The notes: generated by a model not told the origin, from the sequence alone. A stretch of DNA of 64,000 nucleotides from an uncultured Muribaculaceae bacterium (GCA_964397445.1 CAYNHZ010000001.1:75287-139286), one strand, 5' to 3'; counted from the first letter of the stretch, positions 26,163-36,579 are shown. Numbers and translations: made by a program.

Positions 26163-27461
26163 TTAAAAAACAAAAAGGTAACCAAATGGTGGTAGGGTGT
26201 AAGAGGTCTCACCGAATTTAAAATCAACTTGTTCCTTCGAAAAATTGAAAAATGCTTTGAAAGAGTCATTTTCAAGGCTTCTCTCAAATGCAAAAATCTT
26301 CTCCGGCATTGTAGTTTCGATGATTTTCAAAGGGGCTCCAGCAATAGGTGCATACATAGAAGGATGGGCATCCCTTATGGCTATTAACTCTTTATAAAAA
26401 ACTGTAAAGGATAAATTGTCCTCCCAAGATATCGGATCTCTCTTAAAGAACTCAAGTCGTTTGTTTAAACCAACCTCTTGACCGCTGTAAATCATAGGAA
26501 TACCCGGTAAGGCAAAAGTGAGTGCGGCAAACTCTCTGACAGCATCTCCCATCCTTTCAAACTCGGTCCCATTCCACGAATTTTCATCGTGATTGGATGT
26601 GAAATTCATAGCTATACTTGCAAAAGGAAATTTCTGAGAGTGATTGTCCAAGAACTTTCTATACTCTTTTGCACCTATTTTACTTTGAGCAAGTTGATTC
26701 ATCATATGATGATTCTCCCAGCCATAATATGCATCAAAAGCATTAACATTTAATGTCGGATTTTCTGCCTCTGCAAGGAAAAAGAGATCGCCCCTCTCTT
26801 TACGAAGCTCAGCTACAGCCATATCCCAAAAATCAACAGGAACTTGCTCTGCAACATCACATCTAAAACCATCAATTCCATACTCTTTAACCCAAAACCT
26901 CATCGCATCCACCATAGCACTCCTCATCTCATTATTGGTATAATCCAATTTAGCAACATCACTCCAGTCAAATGGGGCTACAATAACCCCTAACGAATCT
27001 TTAACATACCATTCTGGGTGTTCGTTTATCCAAGAGTGATCCCTTGAGGTGTGATTTGCCACCCAATCAATAATCACCTTAAATCCCATATTATGAGCTT
27101 TTTCTACAGTTGTAGCAAAATCTTTAAGGGTCCCATATTCTGGATTTATATCTTTATAATCTTTTACCGAATAGTAGCTTCCCAACTCCCCTTTTCTCTC
27201 AACTACTCCTATCGGATGGATCGGCATAAACCACAAAATATCTACACCGAGTTCAGATAGCCGTTGTAAATGGGTGTCAAAGGCAGCAAATGTCCCCTCT
27301 TCTGTAAATTGTCGCACATTAACTTCATATAATACTGCGTTTTCTGTCCATTGAGGATGAAGCACATTTGTTGTAGGAATGGCATTGTTATTTTTGGATA
27401 CGCATCCTGAAAATATGATAATTAAAAAAATAATTAGCGGTTTAATTTTTAGATTTTTCAT
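26163..27461 (-). CDS. GH13 alpha-amylase, lipoprotein
   Basis: Lipobox IIFSGC. GH13 regions DWVANH, GFRCDVAEQ, LAEAE, TSNHDE. Confidence 0.8.
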   Translation of the reverse strand: MKNLKIKPLIIFLIIIFSGCVSKNNNAIPTTNVLHPQWTENAVLYEVNVRQFTEEGTFAAFDTHLQRLSELGVDILWFMPIHPIGVVERKGELGSYYSVKDYKDINPEYGTLKDFATTVEKAHNMGFKVIIDWVANHTSRDHSWINEHPEWYVKDSLGVIVAPFDWSDVAKLDYTNNEMRSAMVDAMRFWVKEYGIDGFRCDVAEQVPVDFWDMAVAELRKERGDLFFLAEAENPTLNVNAFDAYYGWENHHMMNQLAQSKIGAKEYRKFLDNHSQKFPFASIAMNFTSNHDENSWNGTEFERMGDAVREFAALTFALPGIPMIYSGQEVGLNKRLEFFKRDPISWEDNLSFTVFYKELIAIRDAHPSMYAPIAGAPLKIIETTMPEKIFAFERSLENDSFKAFFNFSKEQVDFKFGETSYTLPPFGYLFVF

Positions 27462-27472
27462 ATTATTATTTA

Positions 27473-29557
27473 TTAATAATTAGTTAATATTTTATAGGAA
27501 TATGGTTCCAGTACCATTGAAATAGATTTCTCACCATTTAATTTCAGATCAAAAGGGAGGATGATTGTCTTATTGATTTTCTCTCCCGATTTATTCATTG
27601 CTATCAACACATATTGCCCCATATAGGTACGTATATATGAAAAAATCTCTTTCTCGCAAACAAGAGGATAATAATCTCCATACAAAAGGGCAATATTACT
27701 GTTTCTCAACTTTGATAATTTTTTAAAATTATCAAACACTTCACTTTCAAATCGATTTTGAGGTGAAAATTGTCCCCAACGCCTATTATCAGGATCGTTT
27801 GCTCCTGGCTGTCCATATTCGTCTCCGTAATAGACACAAGGAACTCCCGGGAGGGTGAATATCAAAGAGTGTAACAGAGAGAGTTTTCGATAAGCTAAAG
27901 TGTCTGTAACTCCTATCTTTCTCTTCCACCCTGCAGCTTTAGTATCCTCTCCACTTAAAACATCTCCACCTGCTAAAGAGATGTATCGAGGTCTATCGTG
28001 ATTGCCTGTAATATAGCCCATTAGATTATGGTAACCATAAGTTTTAAGACTATTATCAATGGTCTGGGCAAGATTTACGAAAGAACCGTTTTCCTTGTCG
28101 GTGGTGGCATTGATAAAATTGTCATAGATATTGAAGTCAAACTGTCCATCCATCATACCACTCTTAACATAGGATGAAATCAAATCAGATGACCCGTAGG
28201 TCTCCCCTATTTGATACAATGGTCTATCAACTATATTGCTGTTGATTTTTTTTGTCAATTTTCTCCAAAACACCTCTGGCACATGCTTTGTCGCATCGTG
28301 ACGAAACCCATCAAAATTGTAATTCTTCATCCAGAAAAGAGCTGAGTCTGTCAGAGGTTCATTGACCTCTTCTCTCTCCAAATCCAATGAGGGAATGTGA
28401 TAATCAAACCAAGTGGTGAGTCTGAATTCATCCCACAATTCAAGATTCTCTCTACCATCAGGGGTTTTAGAAGGGGTTGTCCAATCGGGATGTGCATTAA
28501 GGGTGGGACTATCGATGTGCATATGGTGGGCTACATAGTCAAGAACAACATTGTCTCCTCTGCTATGAGCTTCATCTATCATCTCTTCCAGCTCCTGAGG
28601 GGTGGCAAAACGATTATCCAATTTTGTTATATAGATCGGCCAATAGCCGTGATATCCGCTGAATTTTGTTTTCGGATCAATATTCTGTCCCCAAGCAGTA
28701 GTTGGGTTTTGTGATATGGGAGAGATCCATAATGTATTGACCCCCAATGTATCAAAATATCCTGCCCTTAATTTTTTCGTTATACCTGCAATATCTCCTC
28801 CAAAATAATCCACTTTTGGAAGCACCTCTTTTGAGTTGATCTTCCAATCGTTCTCCTCATTACCATTATAAAATCTATCTATTAAGATAGAATACATTAT
28901 CTGTTTTTGCCAGTCAGAACGATCTAATAGTGAAGGTGTAGTGATTACCTTCCCATTTTCTAACGGAACTAAAATATCGTTACCCACTCCGTCGTTGTTT
29001 GCAGCAAAAATTCTTATGAATGAGCGTTTCATACTACAACTATTTGTGGGAATTGTGACAATAAACTCTCCCTCATTTTTATAGGTTATAAAATTTGTCC
29101 CGAGGGTGGTGTTTTGCCACATAACAATATATTTTGCAGGGGTATTTATAACTCTTACAGTAAAGTTATTGTGCCCCTTATCACAATTAGTGGTTGTTAT
29201 TGATGGGGGGGAGCCTGCTGAAGAGATTCCCCGTTTTATTATGATACTCCCCTTCTCCTTTTTTGACAAAACATCCAATGTTGACAAATTAGTCGTATTT
29301 GGGGTTACTACTAACATTACCGTGTCCAACCCTTTTGAGATCGGAATGACCTCATAGTCTTTGGAGGAGACATTAGTAATATCACCGATCAAAGGAAAAT
29401 AATCTCGAACCAAAAGAATTGAAGTATCGCTCGAAACCGTATGTGGTATTGCCGGATGACATAGGTTGTCAAAGAAATAGTTATTAGGAAGCTCCCTTGA
29501 ACACCCTTGAATAAATAAACTAATGGCAAATAATGCAAATGTATATCGTAATGTCAT
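27473..29557 (-). CDS. GH13 alpha-amylase-family lipoprotein with ~200-aa N-terminal Ig-like extension
   Basis: Lipobox FIQGC. GH13 regions DYVAHH (Asn replaced by His), GFRHDATKH, IGETY, TGNHDRPR. Confidence 0.75.
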   Translation of the reverse strand: MTLRYTFALFAISLFIQGCSRELPNNYFFDNLCHPAIPHTVSSDTSILLVRDYFPLIGDITNVSSKDYEVIPISKGLDTVMLVVTPNTTNLSTLDVLSKKEKGSIIIKRGISSAGSPPSITTTNCDKGHNNFTVRVINTPAKYIVMWQNTTLGTNFITYKNEGEFIVTIPTNSCSMKRSFIRIFAANNDGVGNDILVPLENGKVITTPSLLDRSDWQKQIMYSILIDRFYNGNEENDWKINSKEVLPKVDYFGGDIAGITKKLRAGYFDTLGVNTLWISPISQNPTTAWGQNIDPKTKFSGYHGYWPIYITKLDNRFATPQELEEMIDEAHSRGDNVVLDYVAHHMHIDSPTLNAHPDWTTPSKTPDGRENLELWDEFRLTTWFDYHIPSLDLEREEVNEPLTDSALFWMKNYNFDGFRHDATKHVPEVFWRKLTKKINSNIVDRPLYQIGETYGSSDLISSYVKSGMMDGQFDFNIYDNFINATTDKENGSFVNLAQTIDNSLKTYGYHNLMGYITGNHDRPRYISLAGGDVLSGEDTKAAGWKRKIGVTDTLAYRKLSLLHSLIFTLPGVPCVYYGDEYGQPGANDPDNRRWGQFSPQNRFESEVFDNFKKLSKLRNSNIALLYGDYYPLVCEKEIFSYIRTYMGQYVLIAMNKSGEKINKTIILPFDLKLNGEKSISMVLEPYSYKILTNY

Positions 29558-29574
29558 TTTATTTAAATATTTAA

Positions 29575-31572
29575 TTATAACTCAAAAACCACTGATGAAT
29601 ATGGCTCCATTTTTAGAGTGAAAGCGTGGTTTTCTCTCTTAATATAAACCCCTCCTTGTGATGCTATTGCACTCTTTATCTGATCATTGATAGGTATAGA
29701 AACACTTATGGCCCCAAAGTTATGTATCACTAATAACTTTTCTTTCCCATAAATCATATACCACCCCGAAATGGCCGGATAGGTTGTATTTGTTTCGTTA
29801 TACACACCATGTCTTACCATTTTTCCAAAAGCAAGCGGATCATAAGTGTTCCTTACCCTAATAAAATCTTTATATACTTTAAATACGGATGATGTGTCTG
29901 ATACTTGAGAGGAGAGATCAGGAATCTTTGATGCAAATAGAGGATCTATTTTATCTGTATATGATGTTGAATATTTGTCTCCCCACTTCATAGGTTGTCT
30001 GACATATTCGTCACCACCACTTTTTGTGCCTGAATAACCAAGCTCTTCACCATAATAAATATATGGGGAGCCTTCTGAAGTAAGTAACACAGCAGCTGCA
30101 AGTTTCATCCTCCCCTTCAAGCCTCCGAGCTCACTTCCCGTCCTATCTTCATCGTGATTTGATAGTTTAATAGCTGCAATAAAATCCGATTTATAAGCCG
30201 AATAACTATTTCTGTATGAAATTATCTCTTTAGCAAATTCTTTACCTATTCCACTATTGATGGCCTCTTTAAGTCTCCACCAAAATGAAAACTCAAATAG
30301 GGCTGGAAGACCTGAGTAATATTTTTCAACCTCTTGATGTTCTGACAACACCTCCCCAACCATATATATCCCTTTAGAATTGCCCCCTTTATAATATCCA
30401 TTAAGTTCATTATAAAACTTTTTGAGGAATCGAGGATTCTCATCCGAATTTGCATTGTGATAAATATGCTTTACCGCATCCAATCTGAAACCCTCAACAC
30501 CAAGATCCATCCACTTTTTTGCAGATGAAGTTATCTCTTTGAATGCTACTGAATTTTCCGCATTTTCAACCTTACCATAGTTTAAGTCTGCAAACCAATT
30601 GGTCTGGAAATGGGAATGGAAAAACACCCCACCCGGCATCTTTATATCTTTAATGTCATCATTATTCGATGAATTGAATAGCTTAAAAGGGACTCCGAGT
30701 GAAATGGTTGACTCTCCATCTTTACTGGCACCATATTTTGTCCCCTCCCCCCAAGAGACATTTGATGTCCTAATCAAAAAACCCCAAGAGGAACTAAAAT
30801 CTACACTCAATGTATAGATATTATTACCTAAGTAATATAATTTTTTACAAACCTCCTCACCGAAATAGAGATATTTAGCCTCCTTAGGAGAGGTATCTGG
30901 ATTGTCTAAATCCACTTTATCTGACAATGTGACTGTAACAGTAGGGTTATTATTGTTAGACCAATCGAGTGTAAAAAGATATTTTTTTGAAGTATTATCT
31001 GAAATAGAGAACCATTGAGCAGAATCATAGCCGCTTGATCCTTCAGTGGCTATCATATCGATTTTTCCTTTAGTTATATCGCTTTTAGGATTTTCCGAAA
31101 AAATATAATACTCACTTAAAGGTTTAAACCAGGGATGCTCTCTCCCAGTATGATTTATAACATAATCTAAATATATCTTAATCTTCTTATTATTCGCATC
31201 GTGTAACAACTGTGAAAAAGTGTTATCATCTCCATATTTTTGATTAATCGAATAATAATCGGTAACATCATACCCGTGATACGACATAGAGGGATGAATA
31301 GGTGATAACCATAAAGCAGAGACACCGAGTGTATCTAAATAGTCTAATTTATCAATCAACCCCCTCATATCTCCCCACCTATCCCCATCACTATCTGCAA
31401 ATGAGTACAATAGTAATTGATATGTTACATCTCCCTTTTTCTCACCATCCCAGGCCTTTGGAGTAGGTACTACATACTCAAACTTATCCTTGTTACCGAA
31501 ATTATCTGGATCATCAGGTTTACAAGAGAAGGTGAATAATATCACAAAAAGGAGAGGGAGAAATTTCTTCAT
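29575..31572 (-). CDS. SusG-like surface alpha-amylase (GH13) with a large insertion in domain B
   Basis: Lipobox FTFSC followed by acidic KPDDPD (surface-export-like). GH13 regions DYVINH (aa ~136), GFRLDAVKH (aa ~361), VGEVL, LSNHDEDR. About 220 aa separate regions I and II. Confidence 0.75.
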   Translation of the reverse strand: MKKFLPLLFVILFTFSCKPDDPDNFGNKDKFEYVVPTPKAWDGEKKGDVTYQLLLYSFADSDGDRWGDMRGLIDKLDYLDTLGVSALWLSPIHPSMSYHGYDVTDYYSINQKYGDDNTFSQLLHDANNKKIKIYLDYVINHTGREHPWFKPLSEYYIFSENPKSDITKGKIDMIATEGSSGYDSAQWFSISDNTSKKYLFTLDWSNNNNPTVTVTLSDKVDLDNPDTSPKEAKYLYFGEEVCKKLYYLGNNIYTLSVDFSSSWGFLIRTSNVSWGEGTKYGASKDGESTISLGVPFKLFNSSNNDDIKDIKMPGGVFFHSHFQTNWFADLNYGKVENAENSVAFKEITSSAKKWMDLGVEGFRLDAVKHIYHNANSDENPRFLKKFYNELNGYYKGGNSKGIYMVGEVLSEHQEVEKYYSGLPALFEFSFWWRLKEAINSGIGKEFAKEIISYRNSYSAYKSDFIAAIKLSNHDEDRTGSELGGLKGRMKLAAAVLLTSEGSPYIYYGEELGYSGTKSGGDEYVRQPMKWGDKYSTSYTDKIDPLFASKIPDLSSQVSDTSSVFKVYKDFIRVRNTYDPLAFGKMVRHGVYNETNTTYPAISGWYMIYGKEKLLVIHNFGAISVSIPINDQIKSAIASQGGVYIKRENHAFTLKMEPYSSVVFEL

Positions 31573-31590
31573 TATTGATATAAAAGAATT

Positions 31591-31626
31591 AAAAAAGGTT
31601 GGTGCGCAAGTCCAAACGCACCAACC
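31591..31626 (-). terminator. Rho-independent terminator/attenuator between the susF-like gene and the SusG-like gene
   Basis: Perfect 10-bp GC-rich inverted repeat: GGTTGGTGCG (31597-31606) and CGCACCAACC (31617-31626), with a 10-nt loop. On the minus strand it is followed by TTTTTT (31591-31596). It starts 16 nt after the susF-like stop. Confidence 0.7.
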
Positions 31627-31641
31627 ACTACACTAACTATT

Positions 31642-33720
31642 TTACATAACTTCCGGTGGAACTAATTCAACTGTTGCCTTAGGATCATTGGCCAAATTAA
31701 GGGTTATCTTATAAGAACCTGTGCTCATAATCTTATAATTATCTCCATCATGATTTAATATAGAGAGGTTCTGAGTCCCTTTCTTACAACCGAGATTATA
31801 TGCCCAATCATCATTAAATCTGAATTTAAACTCATCTCCCTCCTTAAATTTATATGTAATTGAGAACTCATATTTTGATTTATCAAAAGTCATTGGTATT
31901 GTCTTTCCCCAACTGCTTCCTTCAAAACTTCCGATGATACCGGTCTTACTATCCTGAAGTAATACAGCTTTGGCAGTATTATTTATCATATCTACCAACC
32001 AGTAATATGTACCATCTGTTAACTTCATATTATCACCACCACCAATTTTTAGATCAAAGTTCGTAACTCCATCTTGAGATTCTTTAGGGGTACCTCCGAT
32101 CCAAGTTTGAACATTTTTACCATCAATCTGAGAATTCTTAACAAATTTAAACTCAATATTATTGGAATTAAACATTGAAATATAACCTTTATAAATACCT
32201 TTATCTGCATCTACAAGATTAACAGGTGCATCCTTCTCACCATTCCAACTATGTCCGGAGTAGTTACCTGCAACTATCAATTTATCAGGCATATTAAGGT
32301 CTATAAAAGAAACTTTATAAGGTGTCGTATTACAATTTAATACAATTCTATAAAGACTCTTCCCATTATTTGTCGGAGCAACTAAATTAGTAGATTGAGT
32401 AAATGAAACTCCATCAAAAGATCCTCCAAAGGCATAATCCCAATTATGATTTGCACGAATCTTAAATTCTTTGCCGGAAATAAATTTATTAGTTTCCAAA
32501 GAGAAAGTATTCATCTCAGGGTCATATTTTAGATCAACATCTTTATCCCAGCCGTCAAAAGCCTCACCTATCAAGGATAAAGAGGTGATCTCAACCATCT
32601 TCAATGATTGTCTCTTTACATCTATAGATACATTAAACAATTTAGAAGGGACACTATATCCAACAGTTTCTGATGTGGTATCCTTAGCCTCAATTACTGT
32701 ATTTGTACCATCATATTTCTTCTCTGATACTTTCTTATAGAAAAATCGAGTCGCTCCATCACTAACTTGGGATATCCAAATAGAAGTTTGCTGAGAATTT
32801 GAAAACATAAGTCTGGCCATCCCCTCATAATACCCTTTTTGAATAGATGATTGTTTAATAGAATGATTTGTACTATTGGTAATAACATATATTTCATCAT
32901 TGAATATATTTGTGTAAGGTGTAATTGGGATGACAACATCCTTAGATGGAATACCTTTAGGATAAGAAGGACAATAGGCAACTACAGAAATCGCAATATT
33001 AGTAGGTGTATTGATTGAAGCGCCTATAGATAAAACATCATCATTTAATTTATCACTCTTTAATACAAATTTTTGCTCTTTAATACCTGAATACACGGCT
33101 GTATCCACCACAAAACTTTGACCAGCTAAAGTTACTGTTTTCTTCAAAGTGATTCTTACAGTATAGGTGACTTCCTCACCATAAGTCAGCCTTGCAGGTT
33201 CCCATTTCAACAAACCAATAAGTTTATCTGGATCTGTAATATCAAGAATAAGCTTTGTGGAATCAGAAGATGGTACAGGTGAAACAGCATCTCCATAGGC
33301 ATATACATTGATAAATGTCGGTTTTGCTTTATGAATCGCACCGTTATTATCAGTAGCAGAAGCGAAGAAGGACATTTCAAATGTATCATTAACAGGTAAA
33401 TCTTTAAATTTGGAATAGATCAAACTCTTAAACTCGTTTTTACCTATTTTGTAAAAGAGATTCTCTGAAGAGTTAATAAGAACAGTGTCTTTTCCATAAA
33501 CTGCAAAGAAATCATATTTGTCATTTCCTATGAACCTTGAAGGTTTCCAAGAGAAATTAACCTCCTCATCCATAGTATTAGATGTCATTATAATATCACC
33601 GTGGGCATACATCTCAGGTGCCACAGGAGCGGTGGAGAAAGCATCCTCTCTTACAATATCACAAGAGACAAAAGAGAGGGAAAAAATTGCTATCGCCAAT
33701 AAATATTTAAAATATTTCAT
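31642..33720 (-). CDS. SusF-like multi-domain surface starch-binding lipoprotein
   Basis: Lipobox SFVSC. Position immediately after the SusE-like gene. Repeated Ig/CBM-like beta-rich modules and aromatic-rich C-terminal repeats. 692 aa. Confidence 0.55.
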   Translation of the reverse strand: MKYFKYLLAIAIFSLSFVSCDIVREDAFSTAPVAPEMYAHGDIIMTSNTMDEEVNFSWKPSRFIGNDKYDFFAVYGKDTVLINSSENLFYKIGKNEFKSLIYSKFKDLPVNDTFEMSFFASATDNNGAIHKAKPTFINVYAYGDAVSPVPSSDSTKLILDITDPDKLIGLLKWEPARLTYGEEVTYTVRITLKKTVTLAGQSFVVDTAVYSGIKEQKFVLKSDKLNDDVLSIGASINTPTNIAISVVAYCPSYPKGIPSKDVVIPITPYTNIFNDEIYVITNSTNHSIKQSSIQKGYYEGMARLMFSNSQQTSIWISQVSDGATRFFYKKVSEKKYDGTNTVIEAKDTTSETVGYSVPSKLFNVSIDVKRQSLKMVEITSLSLIGEAFDGWDKDVDLKYDPEMNTFSLETNKFISGKEFKIRANHNWDYAFGGSFDGVSFTQSTNLVAPTNNGKSLYRIVLNCNTTPYKVSFIDLNMPDKLIVAGNYSGHSWNGEKDAPVNLVDADKGIYKGYISMFNSNNIEFKFVKNSQIDGKNVQTWIGGTPKESQDGVTNFDLKIGGGDNMKLTDGTYYWLVDMINNTAKAVLLQDSKTGIIGSFEGSSWGKTIPMTFDKSKYEFSITYKFKEGDEFKFRFNDDWAYNLGCKKGTQNLSILNHDGDNYKIMSTGSYKITLNLANDPKATVELVPPEVM

Positions 33721-33745
33721 AAACCTAATTATTTTGATTTTAAAA

Positions 33746-34864
33746 TTATTGTTTATCCATTACAAGAACAAAAGGAGTTCTATTTCCATAAAGTTTCATA
33801 ATATACTTACCGGCAGAAGGAACCTTGATATCAGAACCACCTTTTTTAAGAAGTACCCCTTTATCAATATCGCTACTTGGGATGGTGCTATCACCATATT
33901 TAGTATCCCACGATTTGTTCAATCTCATTAAGAAACCAACATTATCACCGGAAAATGTGACTACACTTGTCTGCCAAACATTACCTACAGGATCATATAC
34001 AAAAGGAATCTCTTTATCTTCAGACCATCCACACTCATCAAAAGAGCCTATCAATGTAACAGATTTTACATTTGTTTTATCCATTGTCATCTTTCCTTTG
34101 TTGAAAGATAGAATGAAAATCGTTGTCCCTTCTGTTTTAATATTGATGGTAAGATTGCCATTCCCGGCATCAAATCCAGACCAGTTTTGGGTAATCTCAT
34201 TTTTCCCCCAGTTACCTGATGACCAGTTTCTTGCAGATGTAACTTTAAAGTTTGTATAATCTCCATCATCCCCGTTAGCATCATATTTGGAAGGATCAAG
34301 ATTTACAAGGGTACTATAAATATTTGTCCCTCCGTCTGTTTCCCAAAATTCGTTCGCAAGGTCGATGTTCCAATTTTGGTATCTACCCGGCATAAATACT
34401 GAGCGCAAAGGTGCTGCATAAGTAGTTACATTATAGGAGATACTACTTGACTTAATTGATTTAATATCAGTTTGATATACAGATGCAATTAAAAATGTAC
34501 CAATCTTTACAGTGGTGTTTTTAAGAGCATGTAGTTCATTGCAAACAAGGCCATTAAAATCTTGCTTTGAAATAGTTAGTGAGTTTGTAAATGAAGTACC
34601 CACCAAGGTAGTATCGGTATTCATAGTTGCATAGAGTTTGTACTCTATTTGAACATTTTGACCGAAAGAGGCATTACTCCAATTAAAGACAACATTCTCT
34701 TTTTTAACATTGTCACCATTGATAACCACATCATTATGCGAAACCAGATTAGGTGAAACGAACTCTTTATCATCAACAAGTTTCGATAAAGGTGCATTCA
34801 ATTCACAAGAGGAAAGCGCAATAATAGCGGTTATCAACATTAGTGTATATTTAAAATGTTTCAT
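33746..34864 (-). CDS. SusE-like surface glycan-binding lipoprotein
   Basis: Start moved to MKHFKYTLMLITAIIALSSC (lipobox). Position directly downstream of susD. Beta-rich with a C-terminal CBM-like region. Confidence 0.55.
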   Translation of the reverse strand: MKHFKYTLMLITAIIALSSCELNAPLSKLVDDKEFVSPNLVSHNDVVINGDNVKKENVVFNWSNASFGQNVQIEYKLYATMNTDTTLVGTSFTNSLTISKQDFNGLVCNELHALKNTTVKIGTFLIASVYQTDIKSIKSSSISYNVTTYAAPLRSVFMPGRYQNWNIDLANEFWETDGGTNIYSTLVNLDPSKYDANGDDGDYTNFKVTSARNWSSGNWGKNEITQNWSGFDAGNGNLTINIKTEGTTIFILSFNKGKMTMDKTNVKSVTLIGSFDECGWSEDKEIPFVYDPVGNVWQTSVVTFSGDNVGFLMRLNKSWDTKYGDSTIPSSDIDKGVLLKKGGSDIKVPSAGKYIMKLYGNRTPFVLVMDKQ

Positions 34865-34897
34865 AAGTTCTTCTTTTTTTAAATAAATATTCATCTA

Positions 34898-36565
34898 TTA
34901 ATAACCAGGATTTTGTACAAGGTTAGAGTTTGCATTAACATCACTCAAAATCAAAGGATAGACAGTGCGATATTCGGATAGTGATACCTTTCCATTAGGA
35001 ACGCCACCTTTTAAAGTCCAAGGGAACTGCATTGAGGTAAAATAGCCATAACGGATCAAGTCTGTACGGCGATGTCCCTCCCACATCAACTCTCTTGCCC
35101 TCTCATCGAGAAGCCAATCAAGGGTAATTTCGTTAGGGGTATCAACACCTGCTCTATCACGAAGTTGTTTAACATAACCCTTAGCAACAACATCTGCAAC
35201 TGAGCCATTATTAAGACGAGCATCGGCCTCTGCATAGATAAGATACATCTCAGCCAAACGGAAGATAGGGAAATCTATTGATGACAATTTGTAATTGCTC
35301 ATTTTATCTGTGACAGCTGTCCCATTTGAATATAATCCGGTGAATTTCCAACATCTCCACCCTGAACTTGCATTTGTATTGTCAAATTCTTTAGCACAGC
35401 CAACATTGTAGAAGAAAGCCCTCTTATCACTTGCTTCTCTATCGTATCCATAACCGGAAGTTGCATTCCAGGTGACCCCTTTCAGATCAAAACGAGCTAC
35501 ATAGTCATCAGCTACATGGTAACCGTTCCAGTTTTCAGGATTGATCTTATCGACTCCGAGAATTGAACCAATTCCGGTATTATCATCTTTACTCAAAGAA
35601 GCTGAAACAAGGTGAGTTGTTCCACCCCAACTCTGAGTGTGGTCTTTATCATATGATATTGCAAAAATGAACTCCTCTTTAGCTCCATTTGTGGTATTAT
35701 CCTGCATAAACAATTGTTGATAATTTGGGTGTAAGGTGTAACCCATTTTTATAACACTTGCAGCAGCATCTTTAGCTTTTTGCCATTGTGGTTTTCCTGT
35801 GTAAACTTCTGCATTAAGATACATCCTTGCCAAAGTAGCATATACTGCTCCCTTTGTAGGTCTTGGGTATTGAACAGCACCCTTATCCGGCATTGCACTC
35901 CCCTCAGCCACTAATGCCAATAATTCCTCCTCAATCCAATTGTAAAGGGCTTCTCTCCCAATTTGTTTAGGATAATCACTGCTACCTATATTTTCAGTTG
36001 TTGCAAATGGAGGATTCCCAAACAAATCAAGCAAAATATAATAATATAGTGCGCGATGGAACTTAGCCTCCGCACGATAACCTTCAATAACACTTGCAAG
36101 TTTCTCGTGTCCGCGAGCTTTAAGTTTATCGGGTTCTGTCTGAATGAGATACTCATTAACAAGAGTTACCCCCTTCATACAACGGGTATACACAGCTATA
36201 ATAGCCTCATTATCTGCAGATGTCCAAGAGTGATACTGAATAGGATTGATATAATTATCACCCCATATAATTTTAAAAGAATCTGTTGAAAGCTCATTGA
36301 GTACCATATACATACGGCACAGTTCACTCTGTCCTGCATCCTTTACTGCAATATCGGATTGATCAGCTTTATTTTGGCTAACCAAACCCCAATATGCGTT
36401 GATATAAGTCAATCCCTGAAGATAACTTGCCTCATCTTTGTAAGCAGTTTCAGAGGTTGCATCTTCTTTATTTAACGGCAATGTATTAAGATCATTAACA
36501 CAAGATGATAACATAACAATCAATACAAGTACCGCAAAAAATATTTTATTTATAATATATTTCAT
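34898..36565 (-). CDS. susD: SusD/RagB-family glycan-binding lipoprotein
   Basis: Lipobox MLSSC, TPR-like helical core. Characteristic C-terminal ...RAREL.WEGHRR.DLIRYG... motif. Directly follows susC. Confidence 0.85.
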   Translation of the reverse strand: MKYIINKIFFAVLVLIVMLSSCVNDLNTLPLNKEDATSETAYKDEASYLQGLTYINAYWGLVSQNKADQSDIAVKDAGQSELCRMYMVLNELSTDSFKIIWGDNYINPIQYHSWTSADNEAIIAVYTRCMKGVTLVNEYLIQTEPDKLKARGHEKLASVIEGYRAEAKFHRALYYYILLDLFGNPPFATTENIGSSDYPKQIGREALYNWIEEELLALVAEGSAMPDKGAVQYPRPTKGAVYATLARMYLNAEVYTGKPQWQKAKDAAASVIKMGYTLHPNYQQLFMQDNTTNGAKEEFIFAISYDKDHTQSWGGTTHLVSASLSKDDNTGIGSILGVDKINPENWNGYHVADDYVARFDLKGVTWNATSGYGYDREASDKRAFFYNVGCAKEFDNTNASSGWRCWKFTGLYSNGTAVTDKMSNYKLSSIDFPIFRLAEMYLIYAEADARLNNGSVADVVAKGYVKQLRDRAGVDTPNEITLDWLLDERARELMWEGHRRTDLIRYGYFTSMQFPWTLKGGVPNGKVSLSEYRTVYPLILSDVNANSNLVQNPGY

Positions 36566-36579
36566 ATCTGATTCAATAT

